Shown in pieces: positions 10,158 through 20,712 of a DNA stretch of 64,000 nt. Every line of letters begins with the position of its first letter. The first letter of the stretch is position 1. The stretch covers positions 96,001 through 160,000 of the forward strand of contig CAWGYA010000007.1 of the NCBI GenBank assembly GCA_963826715.1. The letters run 5' to 3'. The notes under the pieces were generated by a model, which saw only the letters and a list, made by a program, of their open reading frames with translations, did no database searches and was not told the DNA's origin. The position numbers were made by a program, and so were the translations under genes. The stretch comes from Candidatus Bathyarchaeota archaeon (GTDB taxonomy: Archaea; Thermoproteota; Bathyarchaeia; Bathyarchaeales; Bathycorpusculaceae).

Positions 10158-10208
10158 CAAGGAAACTCCTTGTGACCCCCCTCTGGGGAGTTTCCTTGTG
10201 AGGGGGTC
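10158..10208. other. Interlocking inverted repeats (H-type pseudoknot potential) upstream of the integrase operon
   Basis: caaggaaactcc(10158-69)/ggagtttccttg(10187-98); loop gaccccc(10174-80) pairs with gggggtc(10202-08). Confidence 0.55.
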
Positions 10209-10381
10209 TCGCGGAAACTACCTAAAACAGTCAAATTAAGAATTGAATACTTTCATCATTATGAATAAAATTGACTATTTAATGTCAGAATTGTTTCTAG
10301 ATACAGAAAAATAGGCAATACCTCTCTTTTTATGACCTATCTCCAGCATAGTCACTTATTTTGAGATGCACACTTACCCTA

Positions 10382-10945
10382 TCATGTGTTCAACACGTGT
10401 AAGTAGTAATTAGTAAAATGATATAACCCGGTAAAAGTCGTGTAAGTTGTTGCAAACCTAAAAGTCAATTGAAAATCAACCACTCTATTACCACCACCAA
10501 CCGTAACACTCCCAACTTCTAGCGGATAGGCTACCTCTACTTGCTGTTGGATAATTTCGCTTCTCGGCGCCTGAATAGATAAAAAGAATTCGTTGTAGTT
10601 TATAGTAACTGAATCTCCAGAACCATACTGCAGATGAACAGACACTACAACCTCAGTCATATTATCTCCGAGGGTTCTTCTGCTTGCTTCGCTGTAAGTT
10701 AAGGCTATGTCATGATCTGGAAGTGAACTTGTTCGAGGGGGCGGAGTAACAATCGGCGTTGGGCTCACTACTATTGTAGGCGTTGGATTTGATTGCGTTG
10801 GTGTCACAGTACTTTTGCTACTAGGCAAGGGGGTAGGTGTAGTTTGAGCGGGTTCGCTGTCAAGGATAAATCCGATGTTTATCCCTATGCTTAAAGCAAA
10901 GGCAAAAAGCAAAACGACAACTAAAACCACTGTGGGTGTTTTCAT
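10382..10945 (-). CDS. Membrane-anchored surface protein with Pro/Thr linker and Ig-like domain
   Basis: N-terminal TM; PT-rich linker; beta-rich C-terminus. Confidence 0.65.
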   Translation of the reverse strand: MKTPTVVLVVVLLFAFALSIGINIGFILDSEPAQTTPTPLPSSKSTVTPTQSNPTPTIVVSPTPIVTPPPRTSSLPDHDIALTYSEASRRTLGDNMTEVVVSVHLQYGSGDSVTINYNEFFLSIQAPRSEIIQQQVEVAYPLEVGSVTVGGGNRVVDFQLTFRFATTYTTFTGLYHFTNYYLHVLNT

Positions 10946-11228
10946 GAAAGTTAGCTATCCTTTTAGTATCAGACACTAATTTCTTTAGCGTCCCTGTTTT
11001 ATAAAAGACTTCTTGTATACATCTCTTGAATAGCCCGGTCAAATTTTCTTGACAAAAAGAGATTCCTTTGAGTTGTCACACTGCGGCGGGTCGCCACATA
11101 GTGTATCCTACCCTGTTTTGGAGTATCGCGGGCTTTCAAAGAACCAGATAGAATTGGGTGCCACAGGCAGTTAGATCCGGGTTTAGCATAACTCTCTACG
11201 TTACCTTGCTGAAAGCTTAACGGACCTT

Positions 11229-11633
11229 CTAGTCTTTTTGGGATTCAAGAACATTTAGTAGCGCTAACAGGATATTTGCTGCCTGCGTGTCTGTGGCTTG
11301 GTCAATTATGTCTTGAATGCTATTTTCTTTGAGAAACATCGCAAGGTAGGCTTTGGTTCGCAGCTCATAGCTTACCAGGCTCTTGGCGCCTTCCAACTCT
11401 AATTTGGCTTCTCCGATGTAGCCCGTTTGCTGAAGTGAATGCAGACGTTTTGTTAGGCTTGCATAGTAGGTTTCCTCTAAACCCTCATACCTACTTATTC
11501 GTTTAAGTAACTGTTTGATATTTTGCGGGCTATCTTTGACTAGGGCATCAAAAACAGCGACGTTAGCTCTAGCTGCTCTATCCGAGAACACCTCCAACTC
11601 AGTTCCCTTGCCCTTCTGCTTCTTCCCCGCCAA
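11229..11633 (-). CDS. Winged-helix DNA-binding protein
   Basis: YASLTKRLHSLQQTGYI...YELRTKA. Confidence 0.6.
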   Translation of the reverse strand: MAGKKQKGKGTELEVFSDRAARANVAVFDALVKDSPQNIKQLLKRISRYEGLEETYYASLTKRLHSLQQTGYIGEAKLELEGAKSLVSYELRTKAYLAMFLKENSIQDIIDQATDTQAANILLALLNVLESQKD

Positions 11634-11958
11634 AGATTACACAACCCTCCAGCCTTTGGAAGGAATAAACAATGCGTCGGAGCTAACTTATGACGTTAGC
11701 CTCTGCTTGTTGGGCGGTTTTGTCTTGGGCAATATTTTTCTAGACTAGAAATACTATGGGCAAAACGCATTTGGCGACGCTATGGAGACATAATTGACAG
11801 TTTCATGTAAAAAAAGGGCAAATAACGTTACTTGCAACGGTGTTTTTCCGAGGTCCAAAAAAGCGCATTTCTTGAATAGATGCATTTTACCGGGCACATA
11901 TTTATGATAGACTCTTAAGTGGAAACGGGGAATCGCAACTGCGTCGGCAAAACGGGAA

Positions 11959-12150
11959 TCATATTTGATTGTCTATTAGCAAAATATAGGTGGTGTTGCC
12001 GTTTCTGGTTGCTTTAATCTCTAGTTGGCGGTCGCGCAGGCACTGCAAAAAATCATGAAGTTCCGTTGGAAACCGTAAACAAACCTCTTCATACACGTAC
12101 ATATCTTTCTTGCCTGGCTTTTTAACAAAGTAAAAACTAAGTTTGACCAA
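11959..12150 (-). CDS. Small hypothetical protein
   Basis: 63 aa, overlaps the upstream gene. Confidence 0.45.
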   Translation of the reverse strand: MVKLSFYFVKKPGKKDMYVYEEVCLRFPTELHDFLQCLRDRQLEIKATRNGNTTYILLIDNQI

Positions 12151-12478
12151 AGCTAACCACCCCGTCTTTGGGCATTGTGGCTAGCTGCTTTTCGAGTTCG
12201 CCAATTTTCTTTTGCTGCCCTAAAAGAATACTCATCACCATAGGCTCAAACAGTATCGGGTTGCAAGCGTTTCCAGCTGCCATAGCGTTGTTTCTGCACA
12301 TATCCATAATTTCATCAAAAGCCTCCCTGTCCAGGTCACATGCCAAAGCTTTTCTGTAGCTCTTCCAAATGGCGATCTCGGTCTCCAAAACCATGCGATA
12401 AGAAGGAACAGTCTTACCCACCCCTTCTAAGCCTCCAAATAATCTGAATTCGGTTTCATGCAAAATCCCACAGGTCAT
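12137..12478 (-). CDS. Conserved small archaeal helical protein (resembles the family usually encoded next to PolB2)
   Basis: GKTVPSYRMVLE.EI..W..YRKAL...DREAFD...P..FE..MSILL pattern. Confidence 0.55.
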   Translation of the reverse strand: MTCGILHETEFRLFGGLEGVGKTVPSYRMVLETEIAIWKSYRKALACDLDREAFDEIMDMCRNNAMAAGNACNPILFEPMVMSILLGQQKKIGELEKQLATMPKDGVVSFGQT

Positions 12479-12628
12479 GCATCCAGTAATTTTGCATATA
12501 AAACAGCGGTCGAAGCCTACTTGCTGTGCAGTGGAGAGTAGGATGAAAATGATTGAAACTACAATTGCGGCACTCCAGTGAGCGAATTTGTCATTTTATT
12601 GGTCTGTCGAATCGGCGTAGCAGGCGAT

Positions 12629-12955
12629 TTATCGGGGCTTAAAGTATGAATACCTAATACTCTCTTCAGGGAGCTCTTCGATTTCAAGGCTTTTGAGTTT
12701 TCCGTTTTCTTTTTCAAAAATCATGATAACTCCTTTTCCAAAGTAAGGTTCTAAAATCTCCCTGACAAAATCTATCGGCAACAAAGTCTCACTCTCTTCA
12801 TCAAGAGGATAAAATTTTATTTCGCCCGTTGGAAGCTTCACAAGTTTTACCGCTATAGCCGTTTCTTCCATAATTAACCCCCAGTTGTTAGCGCACATTA
12901 GAGTATTAAACTCTTCAGTATATTCAGATATCAGATACCAACCCATGCTTGCCAC
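12629..12955 (-). CDS. Hypothetical protein
   Basis: ORF; real start probably later (MEETA). Confidence 0.4.
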   Translation of the reverse strand: MASMGWYLISEYTEEFNTLMCANNWGLIMEETAIAVKLVKLPTGEIKFYPLDEESETLLPIDFVREILEPYFGKGVIMIFEKENGKLKSLEIEELPEESIRYSYFKPR

Positions 12956-13002
12956 TTGAACCGCGTTAGGCTTAAATATAAATCACTCACAGAAAGGATT
13001 CT

Positions 13003-13320
13003 ATGGAACTCTTCTTTCTTCCCAGAGAAACGATCTTTCTAACCTTCAAAATGGCAAACGGTTCCGGATGGTTAACTAGCCACCGCCTAATCCTATGCGA
13101 GCATCCACCTGGACAAATGAAAGGACATGTCCCAGAAGATTATTGGCTTAAAAACTTTGAAAAAGCCCAGATAAAGGATTCAAAGCTGACGGTTAAATTC
13201 AAAGACAAAGAAGCCCAAATCCAACTTCAATTGTACGCCCCCAGCATACTTGAGGATATAAAGAACTTCCTTGAGGAAGCAGCTAAAAACTGTAAAAAAC
13301 GATTTCTTAGCGAGAGTTAA
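13003..13320 (+). CDS. Hypothetical protein, PH-like fold possible
   Basis: LPRETI...WLTSHRLIL pattern. Confidence 0.5.
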   Translation: MELFFLPRETIFLTFKMANGSGWLTSHRLILCEHPPGQMKGHVPEDYWLKNFEKAQIKDSKLTVKFKDKEAQIQLQLYAPSILEDIKNFLEEAAKNCKKRFLSES

Positions 13321-13325
13321 GCAGA

Positions 13326-13481
13326 ATGAACGAAAAGAGCTCTAAGGTAAAGCATGTTTGCTCCACTTGCGGAAAGGAAATATCCGAGCAAGACTGCCAA
13401 GACTACGATAGCAAGTGTTGGGAATGCTGGGACGACCAATTGACGGATGAATCGGACAGTATGATAGACGACTTGATGTAA
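13326..13481 (+). CDS. 51-aa Zn-finger microprotein (not in ORF track)
   Basis: MNEKSSKVKHVCSTCGKEISEQDCQDYDSKCWECW... Confidence 0.5.
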   Translation: MNEKSSKVKHVCSTCGKEISEQDCQDYDSKCWECWDDQLTDESDSMIDDLM

Positions 13482-13895
13482 TATAGAAATTTTATTACCT
13501 TAAAAATTAAAGAGAAAAATTGCTTTTCTTCATTTCATCTGCTGCTATTTCTTCACCTGCATACGATCCCCATTTAACTGTAAAACCTGTCCTAAACATC
13601 TCTTGGATTAATTGAAAGATAACTTGCTTATAGGCAACTGGCGCATTAACAATTAAATCTTTAATACTAGCGGAAATCGAGTTTTGACCAATCAATTGAG
13701 CTTTTTGGCTATTATCGAGGTAGGGTTAACTAGTTAGTGCTTATGGCACCATCAACAGATTACTTTAGGCTAATGATATAAATTATTAAATGAAAAATCG
13801 CAAAAAGCCTTTTGAATGAACTGTTGATTAACAAAATATAAAAGGCATTACCGCAGACATAGGAACCCTAAATCATTGAGCGCTGGTAGGTAGAA

Positions 13896-14363
13896 ATGAG
13901 ACGTTCACGTATCAAACAATCTCTTGAAAGCTACTACACTTGTCCTTTTCAAATAAACGTCAAAGCGCGGTTGCGTTCAAAGACAGGAAAGTTTTTTTGC
14001 GCCGTAAAACAAAAGGGTTCAATTCATGCAAATAAGGAATGGAGCGAATTTAAAAGCAAACACGAGTGCGAATGTGGTATTTTAACCGATGAACAATTAA
14101 ATGAACAACTAAAAATTGCAATTAAAAACTGCGGTATCATACAAACATTAGTCAAAGCATTCGAGAACAGAGAATACGAGATAATTCACAATTTTTTCAA
14201 GGAGATAACAGATTATCAAGAATGGCAAACTTTTGTTGTTTACACAACAGGAATCGGTTGGAGTCGCTGGGAAATGCACATTGGTACCTGGCTCTTGAGG
14301 GAATGCCGATCAGACCCCCAATCTCCTTTCAAAGCAATGCTCCCTGAATCCAACCGTGAATAA
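13896..14363 (+). CDS. Hypothetical protein
   Basis: 155-aa ORF. Confidence 0.5.
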   Translation: MRRSRIKQSLESYYTCPFQINVKARLRSKTGKFFCAVKQKGSIHANKEWSEFKSKHECECGILTDEQLNEQLKIAIKNCGIIQTLVKAFENREYEIIHNFFKEITDYQEWQTFVVYTTGIGWSRWEMHIGTWLLRECRSDPQSPFKAMLPESNRE

Positions 14364-14417
14364 TCTTTTTTGATTTTGACCTTCACCGGGTTTATTGAAA
14401 ACTATTTGTTTAACTAC

Positions 14418-15554
14418 TTATTGTGGTTGGCCCCAATTACGCTTTAAATACTCAGCCATTTCAAAGCCTTCTAAAAGCCTCTTTCTATTTCCATCCCTTG
14501 TCCAAAGGTCTCGAATTTCTCTGCCACCTATCTTATCTTTGAAAAACGTCGGTACGCTTGACTTTTGGATTTGAACAATACATACAATTTCGTCATCTAT
14601 AGGTTCAAAGCTAATTGTAATTAGTCCAGGTATGTAAGGTTGGATATTTTCGATTATGATATTTTTTAGATGGTTTTCAAATCCATCTCTGTTTCTGTTC
14701 TTTGGCTCAGTAAAAGTCTTAAAGTCATTTTTAATACCCAGGACTTTCTTACTTTCGTTCTCGACTCCAATTATCAACCTTCCTCCTTCACTGTTCAGAA
14801 AAGCGCATATTTCCTGGATTGCTGCTTTCTCCAATTTAGGATCACCTATTTCAATACCTTTTTTGGCGGCTTCATAATTATATCTCAAACTAGCTTTGAA
14901 TTCAAGGCATTGTCCTTCATCTTTTAGCAAAAAATTTTTGAGGTTTGAGTTTGCTTGCTGTGGTTGATTATTTAAAATTGGCTTAAGTATTTCCTCCATG
15001 AATTCATGTTGAGCATTAGAAAATTCAAGTGAGAGAAATTCTGGAGAATAATCTGCCAATTCTAGCTTTACAAGGTCGCTGCTCGTAAGCCTGTGTAAGA
15101 AAGAAGATGTTCCGCTTTCTCTTTCATCGGATTTGTTGATATAGAAAGGTATTAGGACATTTCTGTAATAATCTTCGTCTAGTAATTTTTTTATAAAGGC
15201 ATAAAGGTCTTCTCGATACTTTACGTTTTCTTCGCAGGAGTCTGGAAAACCATTCTTTTTGACCCATAGGCAGAAAAGCAAATGATTTATCAGATCGTCA
15301 AATTCTCCGATCTCAACACTAAAGTCCTTCTTTTCAGAAAATATTTTTATCTCGTCAACCATGGGAGGCAGCTCCCGTGATTTATAGAGCCCAAAAAATG
15401 TGCAAATTAGAACAGGGTCAATCTTTCTTTTGAATTCGGATATATTCGCTAGAGATTTCTCTTGTATCCCTTGTTCATCTGCTTCAATTGGTGGAATTCC
15501 TCTTATTATTTGTTTAAGATTTTCTGGAATCTGGATATTTCCTTTAAGCTTCAT
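14418..15554 (-). CDS. PbeD-position protein with C-terminal Schlafen/AlbA_2 domain
   Basis: EGQCLEFKAS...ICAFLNSEGGRLIIGV AlbA_2 motifs; fourth gene of the pbe-like operon, overlapping pbeC. Confidence 0.7.
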   Translation of the reverse strand: MKLKGNIQIPENLKQIIRGIPPIEADEQGIQEKSLANISEFKRKIDPVLICTFFGLYKSRELPPMVDEIKIFSEKKDFSVEIGEFDDLINHLLFCLWVKKNGFPDSCEENVKYREDLYAFIKKLLDEDYYRNVLIPFYINKSDERESGTSSFLHRLTSSDLVKLELADYSPEFLSLEFSNAQHEFMEEILKPILNNQPQQANSNLKNFLLKDEGQCLEFKASLRYNYEAAKKGIEIGDPKLEKAAIQEICAFLNSEGGRLIIGVENESKKVLGIKNDFKTFTEPKNRNRDGFENHLKNIIIENIQPYIPGLITISFEPIDDEIVCIVQIQKSSVPTFFKDKIGGREIRDLWTRDGNRKRLLEGFEMAEYLKRNWGQPQ

Positions 15555-17433
15555 TGAGTACCGCCTCTTCGTTTACTATTTGCGTTGGATTAGATGATAT
15601 AAAAGGCCCAAAATCAGCGATTTCAGTAGGCAAGCAAAGGAGTATAATTTGTTGATGATTTGCAACTAAGTGTCTTGCTAGTTTTTCTCTGTGACTACCA
15701 ACGTTTCCTGATGGTGTATCGACGATTATTGGGTCTATTAGCGTTAAAGCTTCGGCAAAACAATAGGATAGAATGAGACGACCTGAATAGCCACCTCTTT
15801 CACGCCCATAGTGACCATCTTCACCTAATACAAGTCCTTCTTCGACGGAGAGCCTTGCAGAAAACTTTGCTCCCAAAATTGATGAAACCCCTTCTGAAAT
15901 GACTCCACTGATTATATCAATAGTTTTAGATTTTATTGTTTCACCGGCAGCCTCGACTTTGCTTATGGATTCATCAATTCTATCAATGATAACTTTATTT
16001 TCCTTTAACGTTGAGTTTTTGCTTTGCAACTCTGCAACTTGCTGTTTCAGATCTGATATCCAAGAATTACGTTCATTTAGTTTGCTTAGCAAATTGGCAT
16101 TGTTTGTAATAATCAAGGCAATGTCCTTTTGTATTAGTTCTCTTTCAGTGAAAAGTTGGTTATCCTCTGTGGTGAGTTTTATATTATTTATTTGGTTTTG
16201 GATTCTCTTGCATTCATCAATCAGGTTCTTGATTTCCTTGTATTCTTTCTCGGTATCGAGCACATTGGTTCTCGGATCAAGTGTTTTTTGTAAAAATGTA
16301 TGCACATCTGGATCGGCAATTACAGATTCTAATGCCAATATGTGTTGTCTCGAGAATTCATCCAATAATCTTCCACAGATTTCGCATTTTCCAGATGATA
16401 GACAATTTGAGATTAAATTCTTTCTAAAAGGTTCAGGTAGATTTCCTTTTTCTCGTACTTGAGTCTTAAGCTGATTAATTAATTCAATATCGGCACTATA
16501 CCATTGTGAAGCAAAGGCATAGATAGCGGAGCGTTTACGTGCAATTTCAGCAGTTTTGGTTTTCAAGTCGTCGTCAAATCGTAGTTTTTGAACAATTTCG
16601 TCTGCCTTAGCCTGAGTTATCTTGTTTTCAAGCTCAATAAAACGTTCCTGTTGGCTCTTTAGTGCTAACGAATTGGCAGCCATGTCAACCTTAATTGAAT
16701 TCGTTTCTTTCTCAAGCTGACGCAAATCTTCAATCGCAGTTCTTAGACGCCCGATTAATATTTCTAGTGCCTTATCGGATACTTTTGCATTAGCTTCTTC
16801 CAGAAGTCTATTTTTTAATCCGTTAAGCTTTTCTTTATATTCCTCAATTCGGGGGTGAGTTGCCCTTTGGTTTACAAGGAATAATAAGTCACCTACCTTT
16901 TCAGAATTTGAAGAAAGCTGCATTAATTCACGTGCTTTTTCTCCATCGAAACAGAAAAAGTCTGCACATTCTTTGAACCGCAATTCATCTTTCAGAAAAT
17001 CGAAAACTGCGTCCCCTGTTAACACATTTTTCCCTTGGTCTATCTCTAAGGTATCGTAAACCTCCCTGATTATATCGGAGTTTGGTTTATGCTCTAGATC
17101 AGAAATTCCATCAATAGATCGTGTAAATTGGTAAAGATGCTCTTTCCCTTTTTCGTCAAATGCGGAAAATCGGATTAGTATCTCGCAATGTTGAGGGCCA
17201 TTTTTGGATTCGTCAAGAACATAAGCGTGAGTAAACCATGTGTGACTAAAATTATCGACACATTGACTTTGGGGATATTTAAAGCACCACCTCATTAGTT
17301 CGATGGTAGTCGTTTTCCCTGTATTACCGTCCATAACAAAAATAGTGTGCTGACCTCGCGGATTCATTTTTAGAGTAAAGTATCTCCCACGATAGCCAGA
17401 TACTTTTATTAGCAAAAAATGAATGTTCCTCAT
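15544..17433 (-). CDS. pbeC: SMC/Rad50-like ATPase, PbeC-like
   Basis: DGNTGKTT Walker A, FCFDGE, coiled coil with CEIC hook, IIVDTP Walker B; position in operon. Confidence 0.7.
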   Translation of the reverse strand: MRNIHFLLIKVSGYRGRYFTLKMNPRGQHTIFVMDGNTGKTTTIELMRWCFKYPQSQCVDNFSHTWFTHAYVLDESKNGPQHCEILIRFSAFDEKGKEHLYQFTRSIDGISDLEHKPNSDIIREVYDTLEIDQGKNVLTGDAVFDFLKDELRFKECADFFCFDGEKARELMQLSSNSEKVGDLLFLVNQRATHPRIEEYKEKLNGLKNRLLEEANAKVSDKALEILIGRLRTAIEDLRQLEKETNSIKVDMAANSLALKSQQERFIELENKITQAKADEIVQKLRFDDDLKTKTAEIARKRSAIYAFASQWYSADIELINQLKTQVREKGNLPEPFRKNLISNCLSSGKCEICGRLLDEFSRQHILALESVIADPDVHTFLQKTLDPRTNVLDTEKEYKEIKNLIDECKRIQNQINNIKLTTEDNQLFTERELIQKDIALIITNNANLLSKLNERNSWISDLKQQVAELQSKNSTLKENKVIIDRIDESISKVEAAGETIKSKTIDIISGVISEGVSSILGAKFSARLSVEEGLVLGEDGHYGRERGGYSGRLILSYCFAEALTLIDPIIVDTPSGNVGSHREKLARHLVANHQQIILLCLPTEIADFGPFISSNPTQIVNEEAVLNEA

Positions 17434-17624
17434 TTTTTATTCCCCTTTAGCAAACGTTTGATTTCCTCTAATGATATAGAATCAATTTTGTTTTGACGAA
17501 CTAATTTTAGAAGAATGTCATCACCAGCTTCAGCAAGAAGTTTGTCAAATTCAGCATTCATTACTTCTTCAATCCTGCTTTGAATAGCAATTTGTTTTTT
17601 ATCATTATCTACTCTTTTGGTCAC
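17430..17624 (-). CDS. pbeB: Small protein, PbeB-like
   Basis: 64 aa, overlapping both neighbours, between helicase and ATPase. Confidence 0.55.
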   Translation of the reverse strand: MTKRVDNDKKQIAIQSRIEEVMNAEFDKLLAEAGDDILLKLVRQNKIDSISLEEIKRLLKGNKK

Positions 17625-19386
17625 TCAAATCACCTGATATTTGATCAATAGATAATAGTGTTTCATAGCGTTCTCTTTCTAAAAGTAAGGGCTCGCCATT
17701 TGTTTCGCAAAAAACTACGTCTATTATTTCAGCTATTGTGTGAGGGCTTTTTTGATCAAAACGTAACGCACGACCGATTTTTTGTATCCAGTCTCTTTCA
17801 GATTTATCCGAGCCATGAAGGATAACTTTATCAACCTTTGGCAGATCGAACCCCTCTGAGAGCATTTTTTCTGAAATTAAGCAATAACCTACGTTCTTTT
17901 TAAATTGATTGAAGGCATAGGTTTTGTGATCTTCACTTTTTGAGGAATCGTAAACATATGTTGACGCTTCGGGGTTCCATCCGGGTTGCTTAGTTATAAA
18001 ATCCCTCAGATGCTCCGCAATCTCGTTTGTTTGCACAAAAATAATTGAAGCTTTATCTGAAAAACCATCGATATGAGAAGTAATATAATTTTGCAGAACT
18101 CTAACGCCACCCGGTAAGCTTCTTAGCCATCTAGCACGCTTAATAGCTGCTGTCGGTTCATTAGCTCCTCCCAAGGTAGATTTACCGATTTGAATAGCTA
18201 CATTTTTGCTAAGGCTTTTGAATTCATCCATTTCTGCGAGAGTCAAATTATACTTTAAAGGGATGTATCTTAGCGGTTTTAATACTGCAGTGGAATTTAG
18301 CCTATTCCAATAGGAGTAAAAACGCTGCAACGAAATTTCGAAACGATTGTTATTTCCATCCATGAAATTAACGAAGTTTTTTACTTCATCTTCCCTGAAT
18401 GAATCGATGGTCGCTGAAAGACCAAGTCTATACGTTTGGTTTCCAAAAGATTGAATTAAACTACTAAATTCACTTAAATTATCTATATGACCATAGGAAT
18501 TATGGCACTCATCTAAAATTAGTAATAAGGAGGGCTTTAAAATTTTTGCTCGCTTATAATACTCGCGATATTGATCAAAAAATCTACTATATAATGTCAC
18601 TAAAACTCGATGGCTTGGATCTGCGAAGTAAGATCCCAAGTTGTTTAAATCCGTACCCCATTCTAAATTTGGTATGTTCGCTTGGTCTAAAAGTCTTCTC
18701 CATTGATTTAAGAGCGTAATTGTCGGAACTATCACTATAGAAGTCATATTCGAATCTTTACCAAAAAGGTATTGTAGGTATGTAAAAGCAATCTTAGTCT
18801 TGCCTGTACCGGGCGGGATGTTTACGATCGAACTGGTTTTATCTTCTAACCAAGCTAAAACCTCAAGTTGGTGTTTCCACAGAGAAGAGAGTAATTTAGG
18901 ATCAAATTTCGAATATGCGGTCGTCGTTATTGGTGACTTTTTAATAGGCAGATCGGTATTTGGGATCAAGCTAAGATCGGCATAAATTTGAGGAACATTA
19001 TCCCAAATTGTTTTGCAATTGGAAGTTAAATAAAAGAGTGACTCGAAATTCAAGTTCGAATATTCAGAAAGATTGGGAGAACCAACCGCTAAAAATTTTA
19101 TTTCCCCTTCTTTTTTAAACAAGAATAATTTAGCATGAATTAATGTTAGATTTTCTGGAATAGTAAAAAATGCAAGTTTCTTTAGTTTCATGAGATTAAC
19201 TAATTCTTCTGAGTGTTCTGTTGAATAGGTAATTTTTTCAGCATTTGACCAAATAGCAATTCTTTTCAGCGAAGGGTATTCTTTAAAAAGCCTTAAAACA
19301 AGATCGAGACTGACATTATACGCCATGCATTCAAGCTCGTCGCACTTTTCGATGTCCAAGCCTTTGGATAGCATTCGTTGAAGCAC
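17605..19386 (-). CDS. pbeA: PLD-nuclease + SF2 helicase, PbeA-like
   Basis: IHAKLF...GSPNLS; PPGTGKT, DECH, LSAT, EGFDLP, QKIGRALR; downstream of the dnd genes. Confidence 0.75.
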   Translation of the reverse strand: MLQRMLSKGLDIEKCDELECMAYNVSLDLVLRLFKEYPSLKRIAIWSNAEKITYSTEHSEELVNLMKLKKLAFFTIPENLTLIHAKLFLFKKEGEIKFLAVGSPNLSEYSNLNFESLFYLTSNCKTIWDNVPQIYADLSLIPNTDLPIKKSPITTTAYSKFDPKLLSSLWKHQLEVLAWLEDKTSSIVNIPPGTGKTKIAFTYLQYLFGKDSNMTSIVIVPTITLLNQWRRLLDQANIPNLEWGTDLNNLGSYFADPSHRVLVTLYSRFFDQYREYYKRAKILKPSLLLILDECHNSYGHIDNLSEFSSLIQSFGNQTYRLGLSATIDSFREDEVKNFVNFMDGNNNRFEISLQRFYSYWNRLNSTAVLKPLRYIPLKYNLTLAEMDEFKSLSKNVAIQIGKSTLGGANEPTAAIKRARWLRSLPGGVRVLQNYITSHIDGFSDKASIIFVQTNEIAEHLRDFITKQPGWNPEASTYVYDSSKSEDHKTYAFNQFKKNVGYCLISEKMLSEGFDLPKVDKVILHGSDKSERDWIQKIGRALRFDQKSPHTIAEIIDVVFCETNGEPLLLERERYETLLSIDQISGDLSDQKSR

Positions 19387-19542
19387 ATTAAGCCCAAGAT
19401 CATGTTCTAACTCTATCCTTCAATGCCCACCCGTAAGTAATTATATATCACAGTTTAGACTCAATCTCAACTGTGAATATATGGATCAATTGAGTTAACG
19501 CCGAATAGGTACATTAATTTTGCGTATATTTTTCAATTCAGG

Positions 19543-20712
19543 CTAGATTTTAAGCGAGGAATTTAACATATTCAGTTTCTGAACATTTTGAATAATTAAT
19601 TTCGAAGCAAATTCTATCTCTTCCTGTGTGTTATATCTCCCTAGCCCTAATCTGATAGTTGTATACGCCCTTTCTTCTCCAAATCCTAAAGCAAGGATAA
19701 CATGTGAAGGCTTAACCCTAAGAGTTGTACAGGCAGATCCCGTAGAAATTGCCAGTTTATTATTCACTGAATTAATTAATGCCTTATTTTCAACGCCGCT
19801 AAATGAGATGTTGATATTATGAGCTAGCCGCTGAGTTGGATGTCCATTTAGCTTGACAAGGTTGCATTCAGTTTCAAAGTTCTCTATTAGAAATTTCGAC
19901 CATTTACAATATTGTAAATTTTCCATATCCATTAGTTCAACTGCTCTTTTTAATGCTGACGCCAACCCTACAATTCCTGGGACATTAAGTGTTCCAGAAC
20001 GTATCCCTTTCTCATGTCCGCCCCCAAATATAATTGGCAGAGGTTTGGCTGCCCAATTGCTGTTTCGTACATACAATGCACCAATACCTTTAGGTCCATA
20101 AATTTTATGTCCAGAAATGGAGGCTAGGTCTATGTTGTTAGCGTTTACATCAAACACTATGTGTCCTACCGCTTGTGAAGCATCTGTATGAAAGGGTATA
20201 CCGTGTTTACGCGCGATAAAACCAATCTCTTTTAAAGGTGCTATTGTGCCGATTTCATTATTCGCGGTCATAACACTAATTAGGGCAGTTCTTTTAGTGA
20301 TAGCTTGTTCGAGTGCTGGTAGATCAACAATACCGTGGTTATCAACTGGAATATATGTTACTTTTTTACCTATACTTTCTAAATATCTGCATGTATCAAG
20401 AATAGATTTGTGCTCTGTGACGCAAGTTATTAGATGGTTTTTCTCCGGATCCTTTTGAGATATGCCTTGCAATACAATATTATTTGATTCCGTTGCTCCA
20501 CTTGTAAAAATTATGTTCTCTGGTTTAGCATTTATGCATTGAGCAATTTGTTTTCTTGCTTTTTGGACGGCCTCGAATGCGTCAATTCCATATTGATGGT
20601 CGATACTTGAAGCATTACCAAATTTTTCAGTAAAATAGGGTAACATTTCTTCAAGAACTCTGGGATCAACGGGTGTAGTTGCGTGGGAATCTAGATAAAT
20701 TGGGAAGTTCAA
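19543..20712 (-). CDS. dndA: Cysteine desulfurase (DndA/IscS)
   Basis: YLDSHATTP, FTSGATESNN, SGHKIYGPKG, STGSAC; coupled to dndE. Confidence 0.9.
   Translation of the reverse strand: MNFPIYLDSHATTPVDPRVLEEMLPYFTEKFGNASSIDHQYGIDAFEAVQKARKQIAQCINAKPENIIFTSGATESNNIVLQGISQKDPEKNHLITCVTEHKSILDTCRYLESIGKKVTYIPVDNHGIVDLPALEQAITKRTALISVMTANNEIGTIAPLKEIGFIARKHGIPFHTDASQAVGHIVFDVNANNIDLASISGHKIYGPKGIGALYVRNSNWAAKPLPIIFGGGHEKGIRSGTLNVPGIVGLASALKRAVELMDMENLQYCKWSKFLIENFETECNLVKLNGHPTQRLAHNINISFSGVENKALINSVNNKLAISTGSACTTLRVKPSHVILALGFGEERAYTTIRLGLGRYNTQEEIEFASKLIIQNVQKLNMLNSSLKI

Noticed and set aside
19543-20712. Fe-S cluster (isc) auxiliary metabolic gene
   Set aside because: Translationally coupled to dndE, with no iscU or suf genes; best read as DndA.
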